The notes under the pieces: model-generated
The model's database searches: none
Seen by the model: the letters and a program-made list of their open reading frames with translations, nothing else
Told to the model about the DNA's origin: nothing
Shown here: in pieces, positions 46,633 through 56,560 of the stretch
How positions within the stretch are numbered: position 1 is the first letter of the stretch
Layout of the letters: each line of letters opens with the position of its first letter
Translations under genes and position numbers: made by a program
From: Candidatus Latescibacterota bacterium
Lineage (GTDB): Bacteria > Latescibacterota > UBA2968
Assembly (NCBI GenBank): GCA_965208125.1
Contig: OZ242320.1
Span: forward strand, 4,576,001 to 4,640,000
Direction of reading: 5' to 3'
Length of the DNA stretch: 64,000 nt

Positions 46633-47799
46633 TTATTTCACTGCGTACTGTATCAATTTTTTTTCGTCGATTTCAATGCCCAGTCCCGGACGGTCGGGCA
46701 GTTCGAGATAGCTGCCATTCCGGGTGAGAGAGTGTTTCAGGATTTGATCGCTTTTTAGCTGGAAGCTCTGGTCGAAGTGTTCCATGATGACAAAATTGAG
46801 GATACCTGCCGAGAGTTGGAGTTGCGCGGCGGTGGAGAGGACGTTGCCTGCGCCGACGGCTGGGGCGAGTGGGATGTCGAAGGTTTCGGCGAGGTGGGCG
46901 ATGCGCTGGCTGCCCGTGATGCCTGTTCGCGCGAGGTCGGGCAGGAGAATGTCGGCGGCATGCGCTTCCAGAACAGCGCGGAATTGATAGGCGTTGTAAT
47001 ATTCCTGGCCGATGCAGATGGGCAGTGTGAGGTCGCGCGGCACTTCGGCATGACGGCGAAGGTCTTCGCTGGGTACGGGCGATTCGAGCCAGAAGACGTC
47101 GAATTTTTCGAGTTCTTTACCCAGGGCAATTGCCCCGGGTACGTCGTAATGCCAGGTGAGATCGACGAGGATATCGACGTCGGGACCAACGGCTTCGCGT
47201 GTGGCTTCTACGACGGCGACGGCATTTTTTAAGGGCCGATTGAGGTGATATTTGACCGCGTCGTAACCCATTTCAACGGCTTTGAGGGCTTGCTCAACAC
47301 CTATTTCGGGTGTGGGACCATGAATGTTGTTGTAGATACGAACTTTGTCGCGGTAGGGGCCACCGAGAAGGACGTAGCAGGGTACGTCGAGGGCTTTGCC
47401 CGATAGATCCCAGAGGGCGTTGTTGATGCCTGCAAGGGCAGCCGCGAGATAACCCGAGCGGTAACCTCGACCGCGCATGGTGCCGTAGGTCATGTCGTAG
47501 AGTTTTTCGCGGGCGAGTGGATTTTCGCCGATGAGAATGGGGGCAAACAGGTGATCTACGACTGCTTTGGTGGCTTCGGGAACGAGCAGGGATTGACCTT
47601 CACCCCATCCGACAAGGCCATTGTCGGCAGTGATTTTGACAAAGAGGGCTTCGGCATAACGCGCGGCTGCCATGTCGTCGATGGGAGGCGTTGTGTCATA
47701 GGAGAGCGATTTGCGAGGACGCGCATAGTCGGGCACATTTTCTGAGACATTGGGGCGGGGTAATTTAACGACGTAGGCGTCGATTTGTTCTATTCGCAT
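46633..47799 (-). CDS. Mandelate racemase family enolase with atypical active site
   Basis: GLVGWGE, ALWDL.GK, KYH, LVD, LESP, GQE, PD, APA, PGLG. Confidence 0.88.
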   Translation of the reverse strand: MRIEQIDAYVVKLPRPNVSENVPDYARPRKSLSYDTTPPIDDMAAARYAEALFVKITADNGLVGWGEGQSLLVPEATKAVVDHLFAPILIGENPLAREKLYDMTYGTMRGRGYRSGYLAAALAGINNALWDLSGKALDVPCYVLLGGPYRDKVRIYNNIHGPTPEIGVEQALKAVEMGYDAVKYHLNRPLKNAVAVVEATREAVGPDVDILVDLTWHYDVPGAIALGKELEKFDVFWLESPVPSEDLRRHAEVPRDLTLPICIGQEYYNAYQFRAVLEAHAADILLPDLARTGITGSQRIAHLAETFDIPLAPAVGAGNVLSTAAQLQLSAGILNFVIMEHFDQSFQLKSDQILKHSLTRNGSYLELPDRPGLGIEIDEKKLIQYAVK

Positions 47800-47841
47800 C
47801 TATGACTCCTGTTTTCATCTCCAGGCAGATCAGGGGCAGGG

Positions 47842-48576
47842 TCAAACTCGGGTTGTGGGGCGGGCGTTGAATCCCAAAAGTTGTCGCAGGAGCGGGGTGG
47901 CGCGGTTCAAGACTTTTTTTGTTGCGAGGCGCATCTGATCCTGCTGGGTTTTGAGGATGGAACGGTTGTAAAATCCGAGCAATCCCACGCGCTCGCGGTC
48001 GGTCTGGTTTGCGCCCGAGCCGTGCCAGGTTGCGCCATTTAAGATCATGACCGAGCCTTTTGGTCCTTTGACCTGTATTTCATCTGGATATGTTTGATCT
48101 CGTTTCGGCATGGTGTCGAGTCGTTTGTGGCTGCCGGGCACACAACGGGTGGAGCCGTTTTTGGGATAAAAGTCGTCGAGGAACCAGACGCTGTTGGCTG
48201 AAAGCGGAAAAGAGGGGCGCGGTGTGGGCAGATTGCCCAATGGAAAATCGATGTGCAAATTGCCTGCCGGCGTGCCGGGACCGATGATGTTGGCTGTAAA
48301 TGAACTCAGGACCAGATCTTCGCCCAGCAGATATTGTTGGGCTTCGATGATGCGCGGGTGTTGTATGGCCTGTTCAAAGATTTCGTGTTTGTTTACCAGA
48401 TTCCAGACCCTACGCGCGTTTTCGATGTGGCTATAATCTCGTCCTGCTTTGATATCTTCCTGAGCCAGTTCCAGCGCGAGGTTGCGCATGGTGTCTGCTT
48501 CATCGACGCTGATGACATTTTTGAGAATGAGATAGCCCTGTTCGTCGAGGCGTTGTTTTTCGCTGTCGGTGAGCAT
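47842..48576 (-). CDS. PhyH family Fe(II)/2OG dioxygenase
   Basis: LDEQGY, LHID, NGST..VPGSH, WHGS, R. Confidence 0.9.
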   Translation of the reverse strand: MLTDSEKQRLDEQGYLILKNVISVDEADTMRNLALELAQEDIKAGRDYSHIENARRVWNLVNKHEIFEQAIQHPRIIEAQQYLLGEDLVLSSFTANIIGPGTPAGNLHIDFPLGNLPTPRPSFPLSANSVWFLDDFYPKNGSTRCVPGSHKRLDTMPKRDQTYPDEIQVKGPKGSVMILNGATWHGSGANQTDRERVGLLGFYNRSILKTQQDQMRLATKKVLNRATPLLRQLLGFNARPTTRV

Positions 48577-48608
48577 TCGGTTGTCCCCCGGTTGAGCTCT
48601 TTCTGATT

Positions 48609-48637
48609 AAGATATGATAAAGGCTGATATATTTCAA
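48609..48637 (-). promoter_or_regulatory. Candidate sigma70 promoter
   Basis: TTGAAA-17 nt-TATCTT on the minus strand, about 33 nt upstream of the PhyH start. Confidence 0.45.
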
Positions 48638-48695
48638 ATGCGGATAGGGTAGGGCGTATCCTTTAGATCGAACTTGCCAAACTCCCGTTTTTCAA

Positions 48696-50126
48696 TTATG
48701 CAACGCCCCAGCCAGGATACTTATCCGGATCCGCAAACTCCTGTCCCAATTCCAAAAAGCCACGGGGGCCACGCCTGCCGTATTCAAATGGATCTTTTGT
48801 ACCTTCCATCCAGCGATGCAATCTTTCTTCCATTTCTTGAAGTGCTGGCCGCGCTTCAGCAGAATTCGCCAGGTTAACCATCTCGAGCGGATCTTCCTGC
48901 CGGTCAAACAGCCAGGGACCTCGCTCATTAGCAAACCAACGCGCATACGTATAGCGTTCGGTACGCACACCGCGCCAGCGCCCAACCCAACCGTCGCGAT
49001 TGGGCCAACCATGTGCCATATTCTGCAAATAGACAGACTCCGATCCACCAGGCGTTAACTCCGTATCTGCAGGTGCTTTACCACCCTGCCACACGCTCGA
49101 AATATCTCGCCCTTGCAGACCTTGTGGTAACGGCACGCCACAAGCACCAAGCAATGTAGGTACAATATCAATCGCACCGAAGAAAGCATCCGTTCGCGTA
49201 CCAGCTTCAATAGCATCAGGCCAACGCACCACAAACGGCACATGGCAAGATTCTTCATAAGGTGTTGCCTTTGAAGCCCGCATCGACTCGTCCAACCATC
49301 TACTACTGGGTTTGCCATACCCATGGCTTGAAAGGTGATCTCCATGATCTGATGTATAACAGACAATTGTATTATCCTTGACCCCCAGGCGATCCAGCGC
49401 TTCTAACAATCGCCCCATCTCTGCATCAAGTCCTGTACAGCACCCGTAATAGTCTGCAAGTTCCTCATGTGCCCATGCTTTCATCTCGTCTGGTACATTG
49501 CCCGGCACATCCATGTCCGCAGGATCATAAATATTATATTCGTCGGGATACTGCTTATATGGCCAGTGAGGAGGTCGCCAGGACACAAAGACGGCAAATG
49601 GATCATCTGTTCGGGCACTTAGGTGTTTTTCTATAAATTGAATAGCCAAATCCGTTTCGTTCGTTGGTGCCCAGCCTCCGTAAAAGTTCGGTCCCTCATC
49701 GTTTTCGTAATAGGTTCTGTCGAAGTAGGCGCCCCGCCCTCTCCCGCCTGCCAGCGCCGCAAGATAATCCAGCCCGTATCGATTGTCGTCGCCGTACGGC
49801 CCTTTACCCAGATGCCAGGTACCCACATGCGCAGTGCCATACCCATGCTCGCGCAAAGTGCCTGGCAAGGTTGGGATATCTCGTCGCGGACTGTACTCAT
49901 TATCAATTACCAAATTTTGCCAACCATACCGACCGGTTAACAAAATAGCTCGATAAGGCGAACACAACGGGTGGTTGGAAAACATATTGTCACACACCAT
50001 TCCTTCAGCTGCCATAGCATCCAAAACAGGCGTTTGGATTACGTCATTGCCATTCGCACCCAGCGCGCTATAACGCTGCTGATCAGAAAATACGAACAGA
50101 ATATTTGGGCGTTTCTCATTACTCAT
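48696..50126 (-). CDS. Sulfatase (S1), cytoplasmic
   Basis: PNILFVFSDQQR, CSPYR, GTWH (K to T), PPH, SDHG. Confidence 0.92.
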   Translation of the reverse strand: MSNEKRPNILFVFSDQQRYSALGANGNDVIQTPVLDAMAAEGMVCDNMFSNHPLCSPYRAILLTGRYGWQNLVIDNEYSPRRDIPTLPGTLREHGYGTAHVGTWHLGKGPYGDDNRYGLDYLAALAGGRGRGAYFDRTYYENDEGPNFYGGWAPTNETDLAIQFIEKHLSARTDDPFAVFVSWRPPHWPYKQYPDEYNIYDPADMDVPGNVPDEMKAWAHEELADYYGCCTGLDAEMGRLLEALDRLGVKDNTIVCYTSDHGDHLSSHGYGKPSSRWLDESMRASKATPYEESCHVPFVVRWPDAIEAGTRTDAFFGAIDIVPTLLGACGVPLPQGLQGRDISSVWQGGKAPADTELTPGGSESVYLQNMAHGWPNRDGWVGRWRGVRTERYTYARWFANERGPWLFDRQEDPLEMVNLANSAEARPALQEMEERLHRWMEGTKDPFEYGRRGPRGFLELGQEFADPDKYPGWGVA

Positions 50127-50145
50127 GGGGATTCCTTTCATGTGG

Positions 50146-52983
50146 TTACAGGAGGGTCTTGAGCATGTTGCTCAGTAAACGATCCGCTACCGGGTCTGTG
50201 CCCAGGTTTTCGACAATGCGATGAGTACACAGGACATATTTGCCATTGCCGTGGGAGATTGGTGCCAGATCAGCGCCGTGAAAGGCTTCAGTGACGCCGA
50301 TGTAGTTCTGTTTGTGTTTGAGGCCCGCATACCAATCGTAGGTGATGTTGCCGCCGATCCAATCGGTTTTGGGTTCTACAATAGACCATTGGGAGGAGAT
50401 GTTTTGATATTCTTGTCCCATCAGGCAATTTGAGGGCAAGCCCTCGTAGAAGGGGTGATTTTTGACGACATGACTGCAAGGGGTCCATAATCCTTTGCCG
50501 GAGTAGAGTGATAGTGGGAATGGGAAAAGGGTGTCTTTGTCGATGTGGCGATACATACGACTTTTTCCTGGCTCCATTTTGAGAAGGTGCATGGCTGGCA
50601 GGTTGAGGAAGAGTGCTGTGCCGCCGTTTTCAACCCATGTGGCGAGATCGGCGAAGCGGGTATCGGGTTTGCCGTTCCAGCCCTGGAGGTTGACGAGTGC
50701 GACCTGGTCTGTGGGTGTTTGAGTGGAGAAGTCGGTGGTGTTGGAAAGGTATCTGCCGAGTGCGCCGTTGAGGTCGATTGTCGCTATGGGTACATCTGGA
50801 ATAGCGGATTTGCTTTTGTCGAGGACGTAGATGCTGGATTGATTTTTGATGGGTTCTGCTTCGCCAGATGTGAATGTCACTTCGATCTGGCATAGACCTT
50901 CGACGCCACTGGTGTTGATTTCGTAAGTCGCCAGGTCTGTAATGCCGGTGGGTATTTTTATTTGTTCGTTTGTGTCGAGAAGATTTTGTCTGTCGTGTGT
51001 GGTGACGCTCAGGGAGAGTGTGCCCGATAGATCGTTTTTGTCATTGACAGTGGTGAGCAGGATTTGAACAGATTCGCCTGCATAGGCATTTTGTGAACTG
51101 GGGCGAATGGCGACATAACGGTCGGCAAATACTTCTTTGATGGCGTAATAGGGTCCTTTGGGATTGCGGAAGTTGTCGATTAAGCCAGCCCCCAGGATCC
51201 AGTCGCCGTCGTTGAGTGCGTGGATGCCGATACCCGCGATGTCGGGATTGATGCGGCAGGCTTCGGTCATGAGTTTATTGCCTGTGGCGTGTATTTTCTG
51301 GCAGGCTTGCACAAAGGCGTGGAAGTTGGGAAAGATCTGGTCTGTTTCGGTTTCGCGGAAGACTGAGAGATAAGAATTGAGTAGGCGTTCGTGCATGCGG
51401 TAATCCGGTGTGATTGGATTTCCCTCTTTTTTGTACTGTTCAAAATTTGCTTCGAGGTCGGGGATACTGCCATACCCGAGTTCTGAAATATTGGTGAGTA
51501 GGTCGGGTTTGATTTTGCTGTTGGTAAATTGGGCGATTTCTAATCCCATTTCTTTGAGTTGTGCCTCGGTTTTGCCGAGTGCGAGCAAATTGTCGTAACT
51601 GCTTTGGGCAAAGGGTGTGCCGGGATAGTTGTGTACATCGTTGATGACAATGGGTTCGTAGGATCCGGGGAGGTAAATACTGCATCCATCGGCAAATCCA
51701 CCGGCTTCGTCGATGATCATGCGGGAGTGATCGCATTCACGAGCTTTTAAGGATACGCTATGTTTGAGGCGTTTGAGGCCGTCGCGCATGATTTCATTAA
51801 ACATTTCCCAGATGACGATGGAGGGGTGATTGCGATCGCGTTTGACCATTTCCGTGGCTTCATTTTCGATGCGCTGTTGGGTGTAGGGGGTGATCTGCGG
51901 CCAGTTGTCCATGCATTCGACGGGGAGTGCGCCTACAAATAAGACGCCCATTTCGTCTGCGAGGTCATATACGATTGGCGGTTGGGGTTTGCGCCACGGG
52001 CGGATCATGTTGATGTTGCCGTCTTTGATAAGCTGAAATTCTTTTTTTAGAAGATTGAGGTCGCGTGGGTATGCGAGGGAGTGTGGATAGAAGGCTTCGT
52101 TGAAGGTGGTTTTGAGGATGATTTTTTCGCCGTTTAAGTAGAAGTTTTTGCCTTTGGCTGTAAATTCTCGGAAGCCGAAGCGCGTTTGTTCAATATCTGA
52201 GGTTTCACTCCCAAGGGCGACTGTGGTGGTGACGATGTAGAGATTGGGTTCGTCGAGTTGCCAGAGCTTGTGGTTTGCGATGATGAATATTTCTTTGTGG
52301 TGACTTGTGCCAGGATTCAGGTTGATCGTTTTTTCACCAGAGGCGACCTGTGTCCCGCTTTTGTATTCTGTGATCGACCAGGTGATGGTCGCGGGTTGTA
52401 TTTTTAAATCCCGATTTTGAAATGTGCTGGCGATATTGATTTCGCCCGTGTGGATGTCGGATGTAACGAATGTGTCGTCAACGTACACGGGTCCCGTAGC
52501 GATGAAGGAAACCGATTGCCATATACCACCGGCGATTGCGCCGCGCCAGTGGGGCATGTCATCGCGGCCCAGGCCATCGATGACCACGTCGCGGAGGATG
52601 AGTGGGGTGATGACGCGAACGGCGATGAAGTTTTCGCCTTCGGTTAAGAGGTCGTCTATCAGGAGTTCAAAGCCGATGTATCCGCCTTCGTGCGCGCCAG
52701 CGGCTTCGCCATTGACCCAGATTTCTGCGCGGTAGTTGACTGCTTCAAAATGCAGGCGGATTGTTTTGTTTTGCCAGTCGGGTGGAAGTGTGAAGGTTTT
52801 GCCGTACCAGGCGACACCTTCATAATCTTGTTCGAATTCTTCGAGACATGCGGGAACGGTTATTTGTTCCAAGTCTGTGCAGGCGTAGAAATTTTCGCGA
52901 TGCTGTAAGTTGAGCGTGCGGCCCTTGTTGTCGTGATCGTAAATAACTTGCCAGATTCCGTCGAGTGGGTGGGTTTGTTTCAT
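50146..52983 (-). CDS. Glycoside hydrolase family 2
   Basis: GVAWY, LHFEAVNY, HEGGY, GGIWQ, FGFREF, RNHPSIVIWEMFNE (acid/base), ISELG (nucleophile). Confidence 0.9.
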   Translation of the reverse strand: MKQTHPLDGIWQVIYDHDNKGRTLNLQHRENFYACTDLEQITVPACLEEFEQDYEGVAWYGKTFTLPPDWQNKTIRLHFEAVNYRAEIWVNGEAAGAHEGGYIGFELLIDDLLTEGENFIAVRVITPLILRDVVIDGLGRDDMPHWRGAIAGGIWQSVSFIATGPVYVDDTFVTSDIHTGEINIASTFQNRDLKIQPATITWSITEYKSGTQVASGEKTINLNPGTSHHKEIFIIANHKLWQLDEPNLYIVTTTVALGSETSDIEQTRFGFREFTAKGKNFYLNGEKIILKTTFNEAFYPHSLAYPRDLNLLKKEFQLIKDGNINMIRPWRKPQPPIVYDLADEMGVLFVGALPVECMDNWPQITPYTQQRIENEATEMVKRDRNHPSIVIWEMFNEIMRDGLKRLKHSVSLKARECDHSRMIIDEAGGFADGCSIYLPGSYEPIVINDVHNYPGTPFAQSSYDNLLALGKTEAQLKEMGLEIAQFTNSKIKPDLLTNISELGYGSIPDLEANFEQYKKEGNPITPDYRMHERLLNSYLSVFRETETDQIFPNFHAFVQACQKIHATGNKLMTEACRINPDIAGIGIHALNDGDWILGAGLIDNFRNPKGPYYAIKEVFADRYVAIRPSSQNAYAGESVQILLTTVNDKNDLSGTLSLSVTTHDRQNLLDTNEQIKIPTGITDLATYEINTSGVEGLCQIEVTFTSGEAEPIKNQSSIYVLDKSKSAIPDVPIATIDLNGALGRYLSNTTDFSTQTPTDQVALVNLQGWNGKPDTRFADLATWVENGGTALFLNLPAMHLLKMEPGKSRMYRHIDKDTLFPFPLSLYSGKGLWTPCSHVVKNHPFYEGLPSNCLMGQEYQNISSQWSIVEPKTDWIGGNITYDWYAGLKHKQNYIGVTEAFHGADLAPISHGNGKYVLCTHRIVENLGTDPVADRLLSNMLKTLL

Positions 52984-53012
52984 GGGTTGAAAAGTTCCTT
53001 TTCTATACGAGC

Positions 53013-54020
53013 TTATGAGCTACGCGGTCGAAACCGGTTTATTGCATCGTCTGCCCGCGCGTGATTTGCATCAATCGTGCGCCCGGCATTATGCGGCGTG
53101 TGGACCACATTGTGGCGGCCAAGCAGTGGAGAATCCAAACGCACCGGTTCAATGTCCCAGACGTCTGCGGCCAGGGCGAGTTCGTCATTGAGGACCCGTT
53201 GATACAGTGTTTCGGTGTCGCAGATCGCTGCGCGTGTCACCAGAACGACGAGCGATTGATGCGGCAATGTGCGAATGGCCTCCGGGCCAACCAGCCCACG
53301 CGTATCGTCCTTCAGGGGGACCATCGGGGCAAAAATATCGGCGTCTTTCACGAGTTCTGAGAGATCGAAGCATCGCTTGACACCGGCGAGTGTAAATGAT
53401 GCCTCCGGAGCAAATGGATCCCAGACAGCCACATCTGCTCCCATGTTCGAACACCACGAAGCGTACCGTCCGCCAATATTACCTATGCCAACGACGCGTA
53501 CTCGCTTCCCTGCAATGGTGCCGCTCACAAAGCGTGGGTCGTCGCCAAATTGGGCACCCCTTTGTCCGGGTTTGCCAACGTCTGGTTTGTATTGCCAGGT
53601 CTCGTGGCTCTCCATCATCTCCACGTAGGTCTGCGGTATCCGCCGCAATGCACTTATTGTGAGTCCGAGCGCAAACTCGGCAACTGTTTGCCCCCATTGA
53701 ATGGTACCACGAGGGCGAATTATGTTCACCCCACGGGCGTGTGCGCTATCGAGGCCAGCGTTTGATTGGCCTGCTGGATCATGGTAGAGTTCCTCAAGAC
53801 CAGAAAATGGCTCAAGATCCTCAGTGTCAGCCGGAAGGCCAAGGAGGACGAGCCGATGTACCGATGAAGGATTCTCCACCATCTGTGGCGCTCGGGCCCC
53901 AGATGCCTCGGTGCGATAGAGTTCGCAGTCTCCCGATTCCTGCCAGCGGCGGTTCCAGTGGTCGGCCACAAAAGGCCAGTTGGCGTCAAAGCGTTCGTGA
54001 ACACAGATTACTGATCTCAT
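53013..54020 (-). CDS. D-isomer-specific 2-hydroxyacid dehydrogenase family
   Basis: VAEF.L, GIGNIG, WDP, TRA, ADV..EP, TPHNAG. Confidence 0.85.
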   Translation of the reverse strand: MRSVICVHERFDANWPFVADHWNRRWQESGDCELYRTEASGARAPQMVENPSSVHRLVLLGLPADTEDLEPFSGLEELYHDPAGQSNAGLDSAHARGVNIIRPRGTIQWGQTVAEFALGLTISALRRIPQTYVEMMESHETWQYKPDVGKPGQRGAQFGDDPRFVSGTIAGKRVRVVGIGNIGGRYASWCSNMGADVAVWDPFAPEASFTLAGVKRCFDLSELVKDADIFAPMVPLKDDTRGLVGPEAIRTLPHQSLVVLVTRAAICDTETLYQRVLNDELALAADVWDIEPVRLDSPLLGRHNVVHTPHNAGRTIDANHARADDAINRFRPRSS

Positions 54021-54060
54021 TATTTTCTCCTTTAATAAAATAGTCTGCCAGATTCAACGC

Positions 54061-54160
54061 AATTTAGCTTACAAATGTATGTAAATCAAGTTTTCCAGGA
54101 GATTACCGATTATTTGTTCTGAGCATTCTCCTTGACACGCCTTCTTGAACGTCGTAGATA
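54061..54160. promoter_or_regulatory. Divergent promoters with a palindromic operator candidate
   Basis: Minus strand TTGATT-17-TAAATT spans TTACA-N6-TGTAA (54069-54084). Plus strand TTGACA(54132)-17-TAGATA. Confidence 0.5.
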
Positions 54161-54208
54161 AGACCGATAGATCGAATGTCGGCAAAAGGCCATACGACAG
54201 GAGGAATT

Positions 54209-55594
54209 ATGGCACCAAATATTGTTTTGTTTCTTACAGATCAATTGAGACGCGATGCGTTGGGGTGTTATGGCAATGAGATTTGTCAGACGCCCAATCT
54301 GGATCAACTCGCAGAGGAAGGTGTGCGATTTGATCAGGCATATACCACAAGCCCTGTTTGTTCTCCTGCACGCGCTTCTTTGATGAGCGGTCTTTATCCG
54401 CACAATCACGGGGTGATGCTCAATACGCATATTGCGCCTGCGTGGAATAGGGGATTGTCAACAGATGTGCCGACGTTTAGCCGTTTGCTCAAAGAGGCGG
54501 GATATGTGCTGGATTATGCGGGTAAGTGGCATGTCCATCAAGATATTGGACCTGAGGAATACGGCTTTGATCGGCATGAGATGGGGAGGGGAGGGCGCGG
54601 GCAAATAGTCCCCGGTACAGAATTGACGGTTGAGTTTCCCGGAAGTTCTTTTCCTGTGGCGGGTACAGGTGAGATGTCGCCAGAAGAGTATAAAACGTGG
54701 ACGGTGACGGATTGTGGGATCGAGATGTTGCGCGAACGGGCAGGAGGAGACAAGCCGTTTTTTTTGCGGATTGATGCAACAGCACCTCATTTTGCCAATA
54801 TTGTTCCGGAGCCTTATGCGTCGATGTACGATCCTGAATCCATTCCACCCTGGCCAAATTTTGACGAATCCTTTGAAGGCAAACCCGCGGCTCATTTGCG
54901 CAAACATCGAGAATGGAATCTTCAAGATAAAGATTGGGCGTGGTGGCGACAGGTGGTTGCCAAGTATTACGGCGATGTGTCTCTGATTGATACCTGCGTG
55001 GGGCGCCTGCTGGATGCGATACGGGAATGTGGGATTGAGGATAATACGATATTCCTCTTCAGTACAGATCACGGAGATGCCATGGGCAGTCACAAGCATT
55101 TTGAAAAATCCGGTACTATGTACGATGAAGTGTTTCGGATCCCATTGCTGATGAAAGTGCCGGGGGGCGTGAGTCGCAATGTGTCGCAATTTGTTCGGCT
55201 GATGGATTTGATGCCTACATTTGTCGAATGGGGTGGTGGGAAATTGCCCGATGGATTGGATGCGAGGAGTTTGGTGCCGCTTGTAAATGGCGATGATCCC
55301 GATGATTGGGCAGACAGTGTGTATTGCGAAAGCCACGGTGAGGTGTGGGGATATAGTTCTCAGCGAATGGTGCGGACGGAGAAATGGAAATACGTTTATA
55401 CACCTCACGACCTGGATGAATTATACGATCTCGAAGTCGATCCCGCGGAGATGAATAATCGGATTGATGATCCGATGTGCGCCGATGTGTTAGAGAATAT
55501 GAAAGGTCGCTTGTTGGGATGGAATGACGCGACCAATGATATGTTTCAGTGGCATTGGGTGAGATTCAATTTTCCCGAGCCGATTGCGCCGTAA
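54209..55594 (+). CDS. Sulfatase (S1, choline-sulfatase-like), cytoplasmic
   Basis: PNIVLFLTDQ, CSPAR, GKWH, PH, TDHG, ELYDL..DP; AGGAGG RBS. Confidence 0.93.
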   Translation: MAPNIVLFLTDQLRRDALGCYGNEICQTPNLDQLAEEGVRFDQAYTTSPVCSPARASLMSGLYPHNHGVMLNTHIAPAWNRGLSTDVPTFSRLLKEAGYVLDYAGKWHVHQDIGPEEYGFDRHEMGRGGRGQIVPGTELTVEFPGSSFPVAGTGEMSPEEYKTWTVTDCGIEMLRERAGGDKPFFLRIDATAPHFANIVPEPYASMYDPESIPPWPNFDESFEGKPAAHLRKHREWNLQDKDWAWWRQVVAKYYGDVSLIDTCVGRLLDAIRECGIEDNTIFLFSTDHGDAMGSHKHFEKSGTMYDEVFRIPLLMKVPGGVSRNVSQFVRLMDLMPTFVEWGGGKLPDGLDARSLVPLVNGDDPDDWADSVYCESHGEVWGYSSQRMVRTEKWKYVYTPHDLDELYDLEVDPAEMNNRIDDPMCADVLENMKGRLLGWNDATNDMFQWHWVRFNFPEPIAP

Positions 55595-55617
55595 ATAACG
55601 AAAAACAAAGGTAAGGC

Positions 55618-56547
55618 ATGGAATATCGCGAGTTGGGAAAAACGGGTTTGAAAGTCTCGGTGCTGAGTTACGGGGCATCTGGTTTGGGCAGTATTTATGG
55701 AACGCCCGATGAAGCTCGGGGAATCAAAGCTGTGCATACAGCTATTGACTGTGGGATCAATTTGATTGATACCTCGCCGCTTTACGGTGGGACAAAATCG
55801 GAGAGCGCGCTGGGGAAGGCTTTGAAGGAGATTCCGCGAGACAAATATTATCTGGCAACCAAAGTTGGGCGTTATGCCGGTGGGGTGTCCGATTTTTCAG
55901 TTAGGCGAATCGTGGAAAGTATGGATGAGAGCCTTATGCGATTGGGGTTGGATTATGTGGATATTTTCCAGTGTCACGATATCGATTTTGTCTCGCTGGA
56001 CCAGATTGTAGAGGAAGCTCTTCCCACTTTGCGGCGGTTGCAAGAACAGGGGAAGACCAGATTTGTGGGCATCACCGGATTTCCGTTAAAAGTCTATCGA
56101 TATGTGCTCGATCGGGCGGATGTGGATACGGTGCTGTCGTTTTGCCACTATATGCTACATGATACATCCTTTGAAATGCTGGTGCCTTATTTAAGGAAAA
56201 AGGGTATGGGGATGATCAATGCTTCACCTTTGGGGATGGGACTCTTCACTGAACGGGGACCAGCGCCAGGTCATCCCGCCACCGAAAATATCAAGCGGGT
56301 TTGTGCAAGGGCTGTGGCGTTTTGCAAGCAGAAAGGCGAGAATATCTCTAAGCTGGCTATGCAATTTGGATTGGCCAATCCAGATTTTGCAACGACGCTG
56401 GTCGGTACAACACGGCCTGAACATTTGAAAGAGAATATCGAGTGGTTAGAAACGCCGATTGATGAAATATTGCTTGCTGAGGTGCTGGAGATTCTCAAGC
56501 CGATACAGAACACAACTTGGATGCGTGGACTGCCAGAGAACAATTGA
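55618..56547 (+). CDS. Aldo/keto reductase (L-galactose dehydrogenase-like)
   Basis: YRELGKTGL, DTSPLYG, ATKVGRY, QCHD, NASPL.MG. Confidence 0.9.
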   Translation: MEYRELGKTGLKVSVLSYGASGLGSIYGTPDEARGIKAVHTAIDCGINLIDTSPLYGGTKSESALGKALKEIPRDKYYLATKVGRYAGGVSDFSVRRIVESMDESLMRLGLDYVDIFQCHDIDFVSLDQIVEEALPTLRRLQEQGKTRFVGITGFPLKVYRYVLDRADVDTVLSFCHYMLHDTSFEMLVPYLRKKGMGMINASPLGMGLFTERGPAPGHPATENIKRVCARAVAFCKQKGENISKLAMQFGLANPDFATTLVGTTRPEHLKENIEWLETPIDEILLAEVLEILKPIQNTTWMRGLPENN

Positions 56548-56560
56548 AATACAAGTTGAT

